DNA from: an uncultured Planctomycetales bacterium
GTDB lineage: Bacteria > Omnitrophota > Gorgyraeia > Zapsychrales > JAHFFX01
Length of the DNA: 64,000 bases
Assembly: GCA_964620805.1 (NCBI GenBank)
Contig: CAZUJQ010000001.1
Coordinates: 7,618-71,617, forward strand
Direction: 5' to 3'
The translations under genes were made by a program, and so were the position numbers. The notes beneath the pieces are model-generated. The model saw nothing but the letters and a program-made list of their open reading frames with translations. It was not told where the DNA came from and made no database searches. This document shows positions 27,777 through 36,330 of this stretch, piece by piece. The number at the start of each line of letters is the position of its first letter. Within the stretch, counting starts at the first letter, position 1.

Positions 27777-28889
27777 ATGGAGTCCATAAAACACTTCATC
27801 AACACCATCTCCAGCCCCAAGATCATGTTCACCCTGATCCTGGCGTCGTTTTTCTTTATTTTCCCACCGAACGACCGCCTTTACGCGATTCATAAAAAGC
27901 TCGGCTTAGACAAGATCTGGACGCCGAGAGGAGGGCTGATTCTTTTCCTGGTTCTTATCGGGTTTTTTATTTTCGGCTTGACCGATGGGAATTTCCGGCT
28001 GATTGTTACCAAGCCCGATAACGTCCCCATCGTGGGGCTTATCTTTTTGACCTTTTCCTTTTTGTGGCTTTCCCTGTCCCAGGCCAGGGAAAATGACCAG
28101 CGCCTGGCCGAGGGCAAGAGACCCAAGGAAGCCGACGACAAAGAGAAGGTCCTGGTCTGGCCGGATTTGGTCTACGTTGAGTTTATCTCTTTGATTGTGT
28201 GCGCGGCGCTTTTGATCGTGTGGTCGATTCTTTTGCCAGCGCCTTTGGAGGAGCCGGCCAATCCTACGGTATCTCCGAACCCCTCGAAAGCACCCTGGTA
28301 TTTTCTCGGGCTTCAGGAGATGCTCGTCTATTTTGATCCCTGGATCGCCGGGGTCTTATTTCCCACGGTCATCATCCTGGGGATGATGTCCATTCCTTTT
28401 ATTGATACCAATCCCAAAGGTCAGGGCTACTTTAGTTTTAAAGACCGGAAGATGGCGGTCTCCATATTTTTGTTTTTCTGGCTGGTCTTGTGGGTCTTTC
28501 TTATTGTGGTGGGCACGTTTCTCCGCGGGCCCAACTGGAATTTCTTCGGCCCCTTTGAGTACTGGGATGTGCACAAGCTGGAGGCCCTGACCAACGTGAA
28601 TCTTTCAGAGTTGATCTACATGATTGTTTTGAAGCGTGGCTTGCCCCAAAACATCCTCTTGCGCGAGATCGGCGGGTTTCTGGTCATCGGAGGGTATTTC
28701 TTAGGATTGCCGCCGCTTTTGGCCAAGACCTGTTTTAAAGATTTGTATCAGCGCCTGGGGCCGGTGCGTTACAGCATTTTTGCCGTGCTTTTGCTGATGG
28801 CGATCGGCCTTCCGATCAAGATGTATCTGCGCTGGGCGTTTAATATCAAATATCTGATTGCGATTCCGGAGTTCTTTTTTAATATCTGA
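27777..28889 (+). CDS. cytochrome b C-terminal / subunit-IV-like protein with extra C-terminal helices
   Basis: PWYFLGLQEML matches the PEWY-type motif of the cytochrome b C-terminal half / PetD. 370 aa with multiple transmembrane segments. Confidence 0.65.
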   Translation: MESIKHFINTISSPKIMFTLILASFFFIFPPNDRLYAIHKKLGLDKIWTPRGGLILFLVLIGFFIFGLTDGNFRLIVTKPDNVPIVGLIFLTFSFLWLSLSQARENDQRLAEGKRPKEADDKEKVLVWPDLVYVEFISLIVCAALLIVWSILLPAPLEEPANPTVSPNPSKAPWYFLGLQEMLVYFDPWIAGVLFPTVIILGMMSIPFIDTNPKGQGYFSFKDRKMAVSIFLFFWLVLWVFLIVVGTFLRGPNWNFFGPFEYWDVHKLEALTNVNLSELIYMIVLKRGLPQNILLREIGGFLVIGGYFLGLPPLLAKTCFKDLYQRLGPVRYSIFAVLLLMAIGLPIKMYLRWAFNIKYLIAIPEFFFNI

Positions 28890-28891
28890 TA

Positions 28892-29481
28892 TGGATAATG
28901 AGCAAGTTGTGGTTTTTATCGATGGGACCAATCTTTCCAAAGGACTAAAGGAATGCTACGGAATTGAGCGTCTTGACATCCTGGCCTACAGTAAATTCTT
29001 AGCAAAAGGAAGGACATTACGAGGCATTTATTATGCTGAGGCCCCTTATCTCCAAGAGCGAGGAATCAATAGTTACCGAAATCAAATGATTTATCTGGCA
29101 CATATACGAAAGATAAAAGGTCTGGTTTATCGAAAGGGATATTATAGTAAATGGACCACGCCTCCTACTGAGAAAATGACAGATGTCAATCTAGCCGTTG
29201 ATATGGTCGATCTATGCCACCGGAATGAGTGTGATACGGCTTTCATTATTTCTGGTGATGCAGATCTTTGTCCGGCTATTGATGTGTTGGTGAGGGAAGG
29301 GAAAAAAGTCATAATCGTCTATTTTGATAATGCAAAACGAAATGCCTATGCCCTTCGAAAGCATGCAGGAGGGTTGTTTATGAATATCACGAGGACCGTG
29401 GCGGAAAAATTCAAATGGGAACCACCTAAAAAAGAACCAGAGCCCGAAGGCTCTGGTGGCACTATGTCCAAAATGACATAG
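28892..29481 (+). CDS. NYN (LabA-like) domain protein, predicted nuclease fold
   Basis: VFIDGTNL, DVNLAVDMVD and IISGDADLCPAI motifs. ATG 28892 is preferred over the listed 28858, which overlaps the previous gene. Confidence 0.6.
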
Positions 29482-29626
29482 TGTGCGTAGAGGTATTATG
29501 TAATCACATCATTGTACTTTGAAATCATATAATGTCATATTATATACCATGCCATACCATAAATATAATATTGAGAGCCCATTTCGTCAAGCCCCTTTTT
29601 ATGGGGTTTTCATTTAAGAGGATTTT

Positions 29627-32600
29627 GTGGAAACAGAACAAGAACGTCATTACAAAATCACCACCCTTAACAAGCTTTTTGCCATCTTCAGCATCGTGCT
29701 GCTTGCGGTCTTGATCTGGCTTTTTGTGGATGACTATTCCCGCGAGTGGAAAAAATACCAGAGGGAATTCCGGGACCTGGAGATCGAAAAGATCCGGGTC
29801 AAATACGACCTGGAATCAACTACGCTGGAAGGGCAACCCGAGTATCAAGAGCTTAAAAAGAAAATCGAAGAAGCCAAAAGCCAATTCGCTCAAAAGTCCG
29901 GTGAACTGAAGAAACTCCAACAAGAAATATCCTCCCTGAAATCCCAGCACGCTCTCTACAGTCAGCGCTACCAGTTCGCTAAAGCCAGGTATGATTCCGT
30001 TAAGTATCATTACGAAGAGGCGCTCAATCACAACGATCCCAGCGCCTCGAAACTCAAAACGGACCTCGAGGAGTTGGAAAAGAAGATTTCCCAGCTCCGA
30101 TTAGATGGTGAGCGTGCCGAAAGCGCACTCAGCCAGAAACAAAGTCACAGGAACGAATATGAGGCCCAGCTCAAATCCTTCGAGAAAGACCAAAAGGCCT
30201 TGACAAAACAAATCGACATCTACGAGCGAAAATTGAAGAAGATCGATCCCGCTCGAATGTCCCCGGGCAATACGCTGGGGGATCTCATCAGGAATTTGCC
30301 GGTCTTGGATCTCGCCAACCCCAGCTACCGCATTCAACAAGTGGTCATCGGTGACATCAAAGACAGCGTCAATTTTATGCAGGTCCCCAAGGTGGACCGC
30401 TGCATGACCTGCCATTTGGGGATCGATAATCCAGACTACAAAGACGCCCCTCAGCCCTTTACCACTCACCCGAACTTGGAGCTCTTTGTCTCCAATAATT
30501 CGGCGCATCCTCTGGAGGAATTCGGCTGCACGAGTTGCCACGGCGGCCGGGGCCGGGGCACGGATTTCCTTTCCTCGGTGCATACGCCTGCCTCAGAAGA
30601 GCAAAAAAAAGAGTGGCAGAAGAAATATCATGGGCAGGAGTTTCACCATTGGGAAGTTCCCATGTACCCCATGAAATACATCGAGGCCAGTTGTTTCAAA
30701 TGCCATTCCGGACAAACTACGATTCCAGGCGCCGAGAAGCTTAACCTGGGGCTGAACTTGATCGAGAAGGCCGGCTGTTTTGGCTGTCATACTATTGACA
30801 AGTACACCGATTGGCCCAAAGTCGGGCCCGATTTGACTAAAATCGTTTCCAAAACAACCAAAGAGTGGACCTACCATTGGATCAGGGATCCCCAGTCGTT
30901 TCGTCATAATACCTGGATGCCGTCCTTTTTCGGCCAGTCGAATACAAACGACCCTGTATCTTTAAAACGAGCGGAGCAAGAGGTCCAGGCCATTGTTCAC
31001 TATTTGTTTGCAAAAAGCTTGTCGTTTTCCGTGGCCAGTCCTCCCACCTGGGGCAATCCCCAAAAAGGGGAAGAGATCATCAACGCGGTTGGATGTTTTG
31101 GCTGCCATGAAATTCAAGCGCAAAATAAAGACGGGCCGCGAACACGCCAGTCCCTTCATAGAGAGCACGGTCCCAATCTGATCGGCCTGGGAACGAAAAC
31201 CTCCAAGGCCTGGCTCTACAACTGGCTCAAAGATCCAAACAGGTACCATCCCGGAACCCGGATGCCCAACCTCCGGCTCTCGGATCAGGAGGCGGCCGAT
31301 GCAGCCGCTTATCTGGTATCTCTAAAAGACAGAAGTTTCCTGAAAACGCCTGTCCCCAAGATCGATGAGGAGGTCTTAAACGGGATTGTCAGGGAATTTT
31401 TGACGAAATCGGTTCCCCTCAGTCAGGCCGAGGAACAAATCGCGGGAATGAGGCTGGAGGAGAAACTGATGTTCTCTGGTGAGAAGCTGATCCGCCATTA
31501 CGGGTGTTTCGCCTGCCACACGATCAGCGGCTTTGAAACCGATAAGCCCATCGGAACCGAATTGACCGAAGAAGGGAGCAAGGCCATAGACCGGCTGGAT
31601 TTTGGATTTGTCCCCCTTGAGCGGACCCGGCAGGCGTGGTTTACTCAAAAGCTCAAAGATTCCAGGATTTTTGATGAGGGCCGGCTCCGCGGACCCACCG
31701 ACAAGCTGCGCATGCCCAATTATCATTTCTCGGAGGAGGAGATCGACGCCATCGTGACCGCCTTGTTGGGCTTTGTTAAAGACCGCCCGGCACCCTCGAA
31801 AATGAAACCCCGAACCCCGCGCAACCTTTCCATTGAAGAAGGTCAAAAGATCGTGCGTCAGTTCAACTGCCAGGGCTGCCACACAATCGATGGCGAGGGC
31901 GGTGCGATCCAGCCCTCGATCACCGATTGGCTGGTCAAATTTCAGGATCGGGATGAACAGGAGGCGCAGGCCTTGACGGTCAGCTTCAGTCCGCCGGATT
32001 TGCTGGGCGAGGGCAAAAAGGTCCAAACCCCGTGGCTCTTTGAGTTTTTGCATGAGCCCGATACCATCCGGCCCTGGCTTTCGGTCAGGATGCCCACGTA
32101 CCATTTCACAACCCAGGAGTTGAATGCCTTGGTCCAATATTTTAATGCGCTGGATAATGAGGAATTTCCGTTCGTTGAGGTCGGGGATTACACGATGAGC
32201 CCGGAAGTGTACGCCGCCTCCGAGAAGCTTTTCTCGAGCGAGTATTTTGATTGCGCCAAATGCCATATTGTCGGGGATAAACTCCCTGGCGGTTCGCCGG
32301 ATAGCTGGGCGCCGAACTTCGCCTTGGCCAAACGCCGGCTGAAACCCCAATGGATTATCGAGTGGCTGAGAGATCCCCAGGATTTAATGCCGGGAACCAA
32401 GATGCCCACGTTTTTCGATCCTCAGAATTTCGAGGCCTCGGGACCCGAAGATATCTTAGGCGGTGATGAAGAAAAGCAAATCGAGGCGCTGCGGGATTAT
32501 CTTTTGACGCTGTCGTCTCAGGGGCCAGCAACGGCCGGAAAAGCCCAAGGCGTTTCCAAAGACATATCCGAGCCAAAACCATCTGCTGTGTCTTCCCTGG

Positions 32601-32647
32601 AAATCCCCAACGCTGCGCCGACAGTCCCCGAACCCGAAGAACAATGA
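29627..32647 (+). CDS. octahaem c-type cytochrome with N-terminal transmembrane segment and long coiled coil
   Basis: Eight CxxCH motifs: CMTCH, CTSCH, CFKCH, CFGCH x2, CFACH, CQGCH and CAKCH. GTG start. 1006 aa. Confidence 0.8.
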   Translation: METEQERHYKITTLNKLFAIFSIVLLAVLIWLFVDDYSREWKKYQREFRDLEIEKIRVKYDLESTTLEGQPEYQELKKKIEEAKSQFAQKSGELKKLQQEISSLKSQHALYSQRYQFAKARYDSVKYHYEEALNHNDPSASKLKTDLEELEKKISQLRLDGERAESALSQKQSHRNEYEAQLKSFEKDQKALTKQIDIYERKLKKIDPARMSPGNTLGDLIRNLPVLDLANPSYRIQQVVIGDIKDSVNFMQVPKVDRCMTCHLGIDNPDYKDAPQPFTTHPNLELFVSNNSAHPLEEFGCTSCHGGRGRGTDFLSSVHTPASEEQKKEWQKKYHGQEFHHWEVPMYPMKYIEASCFKCHSGQTTIPGAEKLNLGLNLIEKAGCFGCHTIDKYTDWPKVGPDLTKIVSKTTKEWTYHWIRDPQSFRHNTWMPSFFGQSNTNDPVSLKRAEQEVQAIVHYLFAKSLSFSVASPPTWGNPQKGEEIINAVGCFGCHEIQAQNKDGPRTRQSLHREHGPNLIGLGTKTSKAWLYNWLKDPNRYHPGTRMPNLRLSDQEAADAAAYLVSLKDRSFLKTPVPKIDEEVLNGIVREFLTKSVPLSQAEEQIAGMRLEEKLMFSGEKLIRHYGCFACHTISGFETDKPIGTELTEEGSKAIDRLDFGFVPLERTRQAWFTQKLKDSRIFDEGRLRGPTDKLRMPNYHFSEEEIDAIVTALLGFVKDRPAPSKMKPRTPRNLSIEEGQKIVRQFNCQGCHTIDGEGGAIQPSITDWLVKFQDRDEQEAQALTVSFSPPDLLGEGKKVQTPWLFEFLHEPDTIRPWLSVRMPTYHFTTQELNALVQYFNALDNEEFPFVEVGDYTMSPEVYAASEKLFSSEYFDCAKCHIVGDKLPGGSPDSWAPNFALAKRRLKPQWIIEWLRDPQDLMPGTKMPTFFDPQNFEASGPEDILGGDEEKQIEALRDYLLTLSSQGPATAGKAQGVSKDISEPKPSAVSSLEIPNAAPTVPEPEEQ

Positions 32648-32680
32648 TAGCGCAAGAGTTCTAATGATTTTATAAAGCTA

Positions 32681-32726
32681 AGGGGTGGGGCCTCGCTTCG
32701 TGAAACGAAGCGAGGCCCCACCCCTT
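32681..32726 (+). terminator. strong GC hairpin downstream of the octahaem cytochrome gene
   Basis: aggggtggggcctcgcttcg-tgaaa-cgaagcgaggccccacccct. No clean U-tract follows. Confidence 0.55.
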
Positions 32727-32751
32727 GGCATAGAAGCCCGGGGATTATCTC

Positions 32752-33552
32752 ATGCTCCTCAAAATCTCCCTTCTCACGGGTTTGATTTTTGCCGCCCTTT
32801 ATCCTTTGTGCTTCTGGATCAGCCGCAAAGATCCTTTGAAAAACAATTTTCACCGATTTCACTTGGGACTGCCCACGGTGGTGGGTGGGGTGGTGGTTGT
32901 CAGTCTCCTTTTTATGGCGTTGCCAGATATCCTCAAGAGGATGGCTTTGCTATGGGAGGCCGTCCTTTTGTTATGCACTGCTTATTTCTGGAAAAAAGAA
33001 ACCGTAGACCTTCGGCTGATCGCTGTGCCTTGTTTTTTAGGTGTATATGTTTTTTCTTCGGCCCAGATATGGTTGGTTCAATCTCCCTGGTATCCTAAAG
33101 ACGGTGACTTTGATTGGACAGCGATTTGTATCGGTCTTCTCTCGGGATTTATTCTGTGTTCATCGATCTTTGCAATGAACCTTGGGCATTGGTATTTGAA
33201 CGTCCACGGGCTGCCGATCAGCCATTTGATTCGGACGGTGAGGGTCTTTGGCTTTTTTTTGGTTCTGCGGATTGTTTGGGATCTGTATTCCTTATGGAAG
33301 GGCCTCATGTCTTGGGACGGTCAGGCCATTCCTTTATTTCAATTTATACAGGGGATAGAGGGGATTTTTGTCTGGATGGCGATTTTCTTTGGCAGTCTTT
33401 TCCCTCTGATTACCCTTTATTTTGTCAATGGGACTCTTAAGGTAAAATCGACCCAATCCGCGACCGGCATCCTTTATGTGATCTTGATTGCGGTCTTGAT
33501 CGGGGACCTCACGTATAAATATTACCTTTTCCGGTATGGGATTGCGTTATGA
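32752..33552 (+). CDS. hypothetical polytopic membrane protein
   Basis: 266 aa with about eight predicted transmembrane helices. No recognisable motif. Confidence 0.45.
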   Translation: MLLKISLLTGLIFAALYPLCFWISRKDPLKNNFHRFHLGLPTVVGGVVVVSLLFMALPDILKRMALLWEAVLLLCTAYFWKKETVDLRLIAVPCFLGVYVFSSAQIWLVQSPWYPKDGDFDWTAICIGLLSGFILCSSIFAMNLGHWYLNVHGLPISHLIRTVRVFGFFLVLRIVWDLYSLWKGLMSWDGQAIPLFQFIQGIEGIFVWMAIFFGSLFPLITLYFVNGTLKVKSTQSATGILYVILIAVLIGDLTYKYYLFRYGIAL

Positions 33553-33971
33553 AGATGACGCTTTCTAGGGATTGTCCCCAGTGTGGGAAATATGCGCAAG
33601 CCACTTTTTCCGCTGGGCAGGCGGTGGTGTGCCCGCATTGCTCTAAGCCGTGGACTCCGGCGGTTGATCCGGGCAAAATTTTCGAGCGCTGTCCGGTCTG
33701 CCAGGCCACGCAATTTTATCTTCAGAAAGATTTCAATCAGGCGTTGGGGTGTTTGGTTATGCTCGGGGGAATTGTCCTGGTGCCTTTCACAATGGGTTTG
33801 AGTCTGGTGGTCTTCGCGGCCGTGGATTGGCTCCTCTACAAAAGGGTGCCGAGCATGATCGTCTGCTACAAGTGTCATACCGAGTTCCGGGGCTTCGCAA
33901 CCCCGTCTCATTTGAAACCGTTTATGCATCATATTGGGGTAAGGTATGATCAAAAGGCGAGCCCTTTCTAA
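33549..33971 (+). CDS. zinc-ribbon-containing membrane protein
   Basis: CPQC..CPHC, CPVC and CYKCH motifs with two transmembrane helices between them. Start overlaps the previous stop (ATGA). Confidence 0.45.
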   Translation: MKMTLSRDCPQCGKYAQATFSAGQAVVCPHCSKPWTPAVDPGKIFERCPVCQATQFYLQKDFNQALGCLVMLGGIVLVPFTMGLSLVVFAAVDWLLYKRVPSMIVCYKCHTEFRGFATPSHLKPFMHHIGVRYDQKASPF

Positions 33972-34000
33972 GGACAAATGATGAAATTGGGAAATCTTCC

Positions 34001-34047
34001 TTTACAGGGGATAGCTAAATACATATAATTAACAAAAACGTTAATTA
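34001..34047 (+). promoter_or_regulatory. sigma70-like promoter TTTACA-N17-TATAAT with inverted repeat TAATTAAC-N6-GTTAATTA overlapping the -10 box, upstream of abiEi
   Basis: Read directly: tttaca 34001-34006, tataat 34024-34029, inverted repeat 34026-34047. Confidence 0.5.
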
Positions 34048-34067
34048 TCTTTACTTAGCGGGGGGAC

Positions 34068-34655
34068 ATGGACTACGGCAAATTGCAAAAATTAAGGGCC
34101 AAAGTTTACTTTAAGGTCCATGACGTCCAGGAGGCCTTTGGAGTAAAACAGGCCTCCGCAAGGGTTCTTTGCCATCGATACGTGCAACAAGGTCTCTTTG
34201 TGAGATTAAAAAACAACTTTTATGTCTTAGGAGAGAAATGGGATAATTTCAGCCGAGACGATTTCTTAAGGCTGGCTAACTTCCTTCAGGTGCCTTCCTA
34301 CATTTCGTTTGCTAGCGCTCTTTCGTTTTATGAGCTGACAACGCAGATCCAGAGAAATTTCTTTGAAAGCGCTTCTTTAAGACGTTCCCTCAAGTACACA
34401 GCCCAGGGCATATCCTTTACATTTTATAAACTTCAAAAACCCTATTATTTCGATTTTATGAAATACAACGATATTTTTATCGCTACGAAGGAAAAAGCCT
34501 TTGTGGATAGTGTGTACCTTTACTCTTTGGGAAAGTACAGGCTCGACTTTCATGCCATCGATCTTGAAAAATTGGATAAAAGACGAATGAAAAAGCTCTT
34601 AACCCCATTTCCCTCCAGAACACAAGATATGATCCAGAAAATATGCAAGATTTGA
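34068..34655 (+). CDS. abiEi: AbiEi-family antitoxin / transcriptional regulator (type IV toxin-antitoxin)
   Basis: 195 aa. Judged by size, position immediately upstream of and overlapping a DUF1814 NTase gene, and an N-terminal wHTH-like region. Confidence 0.6.
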   Translation: MDYGKLQKLRAKVYFKVHDVQEAFGVKQASARVLCHRYVQQGLFVRLKNNFYVLGEKWDNFSRDDFLRLANFLQVPSYISFASALSFYELTTQIQRNFFESASLRRSLKYTAQGISFTFYKLQKPYYFDFMKYNDIFIATKEKAFVDSVYLYSLGKYRLDFHAIDLEKLDKRRMKKLLTPFPSRTQDMIQKICKI

Positions 34656-35332
34656 TCAAGCAAGAACAATTTGAACTTGAGGTTCTGGATAAACTCAATA
34701 GCCATAAAATCCTTTCCCGTCTTGTCTTTGCCGGAGGAACGATGCTGCGGCTGTGTTTTGGCCTCAACCGATTCTCGGTCGATTTAGATTTCTGGATCAT
34801 GAAAGGGGCAACTCCCAGTCCATTGAACGAACTCTTTCGCGATGTCAAAGAATGCTTTTCCCACTCTTATTTTCTAAAAGACGCAACGAATAAGTTCCAT
34901 ACTTTGCTTTTTGAAGTTAAATCTCCTCAATATCCCCGGGGCCTTAAAATTGAAATACGTAAAGACACAAAGAAGGTCAAAACCCAACAGGCCATTGCCT
35001 ATAGTCCTCATTCTCACCAGCAGGTTCTTTTGAATGTTGTTTCCTTGCCAGATATGATGAAGGCCAAAATAGAGGCGTTCTTAGAAAGAAGAGAGATCCG
35101 AGATGTTTTTGATATAGAATTCTTGATTAAAAAAGGGGTTGGGATCGAGGCTCCGGTTGCATCCCTTCAAAAACTGGTTCAAGGGATCGATGCTTTTAAC
35201 AAGAAGGACTATACGGTGAAACTTGGCTCTCATCTGGAAGAAGAATATCGAAAATATTATGCTCAGGAAAACTTCAAGATCCTCAAATCCGCGCTGCGGG
35301 AGAGGCTGCAATGGCTCAAGAATTCTACCTAA
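34643..35332 (+). CDS. abiEii: AbiEii/AbiGii-family nucleotidyltransferase toxin (DUF1814)
   Basis: FAGGTMLRLCFGLNRFSVDLDF NTase motif. 13-bp overlap with abiEi. Confidence 0.7.
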   Translation: MQDLIKQEQFELEVLDKLNSHKILSRLVFAGGTMLRLCFGLNRFSVDLDFWIMKGATPSPLNELFRDVKECFSHSYFLKDATNKFHTLLFEVKSPQYPRGLKIEIRKDTKKVKTQQAIAYSPHSHQQVLLNVVSLPDMMKAKIEAFLERREIRDVFDIEFLIKKGVGIEAPVASLQKLVQGIDAFNKKDYTVKLGSHLEEEYRKYYAQENFKILKSALRERLQWLKNST

Positions 35333-35528
35333 TAAAAGAGGGGCGATATTTTCGAAGCCACTGAACCTGTTGGAAACGGTAACTTATTTCCCATTTTCAT
35401 CGTGGACCAGTTGACAAACCAAATTGATTGGTGTAGGCTGATTAACCTGTGGAGAGATGAAGCCCAATGTTCGCCTACGGCGGGCTCTGAGGGTCATAGA
35501 CTCATAGACTAGAAGGAGGGAAGTTGCA

Positions 35529-36248
35529 ATGAAGATGAGTCCAAAAGTTGTTTGCTTGTTTTTAGCGGGAGGGATGTTGATCCTTCCCGGACACACAAAG
35601 GCTGCCACGGTCACGGGTACCATCAAATATGACGGAGAAGCGCCCAAATTCAAAGAGATCAAGATGGAGGCGGATCCGGTGTGTTTGACCAAGCACACCA
35701 AGCCCGTCTATCCCCAAACCCTGGTTTTAGGAGAAGGCAACACCATGGCCAATGTCTTTGTCCATGTCAAAAGTGGGGTGCCTAAGAAAGATTACCCTCT
35801 TCCCCTAGAACCGGTTATTCTAGACCAAAAAGGCTGCCAGTATGATCCGCATGTTTTGGGCATCCGTGTCGGGCAAACCCTCAAAGTTTTAAATCCGGAT
35901 GGGACGTTGCACAACGTCCATGCCATGTGCAAGGTCAATCCGGAATTCAACCTGGCCATGCCCAAATTCCGCTCCGAGACGACCAAGGTCTTTAATAAAG
36001 AGGAATTCATGTTTCCTTTGAAATGCGACGTTCATCCCTGGATGAGCGGGTGGGTGGCAGTTCTGCCGCATCCCTATTTCTCCGTGACCAAAGCGGATGG
36101 TGTTTTTAAGCTTGAGAATCTTCCGGCCGGCACTTACGAGATCGAGGCCTGGCATGAAAAATTGGGGACCCAAAAGACCTCGGTGACGGTTGGCGGCGAT
36201 GAGACCAAGGAAGTGGATTTTACGTTCTCGAAACCAGAGAAGAAGTGA
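35529..36248 (+). CDS. secreted cupredoxin-like (type 1 copper, amicyanin-like) protein
   Basis: A signal peptide plus a candidate type 1 copper ligand set: H (NVHA) ... CDVHPWM. Compare amicyanin, whose ligand loop is CTPHPFM. Confidence 0.5.
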   Translation: MKMSPKVVCLFLAGGMLILPGHTKAATVTGTIKYDGEAPKFKEIKMEADPVCLTKHTKPVYPQTLVLGEGNTMANVFVHVKSGVPKKDYPLPLEPVILDQKGCQYDPHVLGIRVGQTLKVLNPDGTLHNVHAMCKVNPEFNLAMPKFRSETTKVFNKEEFMFPLKCDVHPWMSGWVAVLPHPYFSVTKADGVFKLENLPAGTYEIEAWHEKLGTQKTSVTVGGDETKEVDFTFSKPEKK

Positions 36249-36280
36249 TACCCACGCAATTAAAATTGTAATCTAAAAGA

Positions 36281-36311
36281 GGGGGCTCCCCGCCAACGGC
36301 GGGGAGCCCCC
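36281..36311 (+). terminator. GC hairpin between the cupredoxin gene and coxA
   Basis: gggggctccccgcc-aacg-gcggggagcccc. Confidence 0.5.
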
Positions 36312-36330
36312 CAAAAACAGCAATCTTACC

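Noticed and set aside
31376-32350. 324-aa - strand ORF inside the octahaem cytochrome gene
   Set aside because: Shadow ORF antisense to a gene with eight CxxCH motifs. No motifs of its own.
35411-35439. Promoter TTGACA-N17-TAGGCT upstream of the cupredoxin gene
   Set aside because: The -10 hexamer matches consensus at only three of six positions. This is too weak to call.
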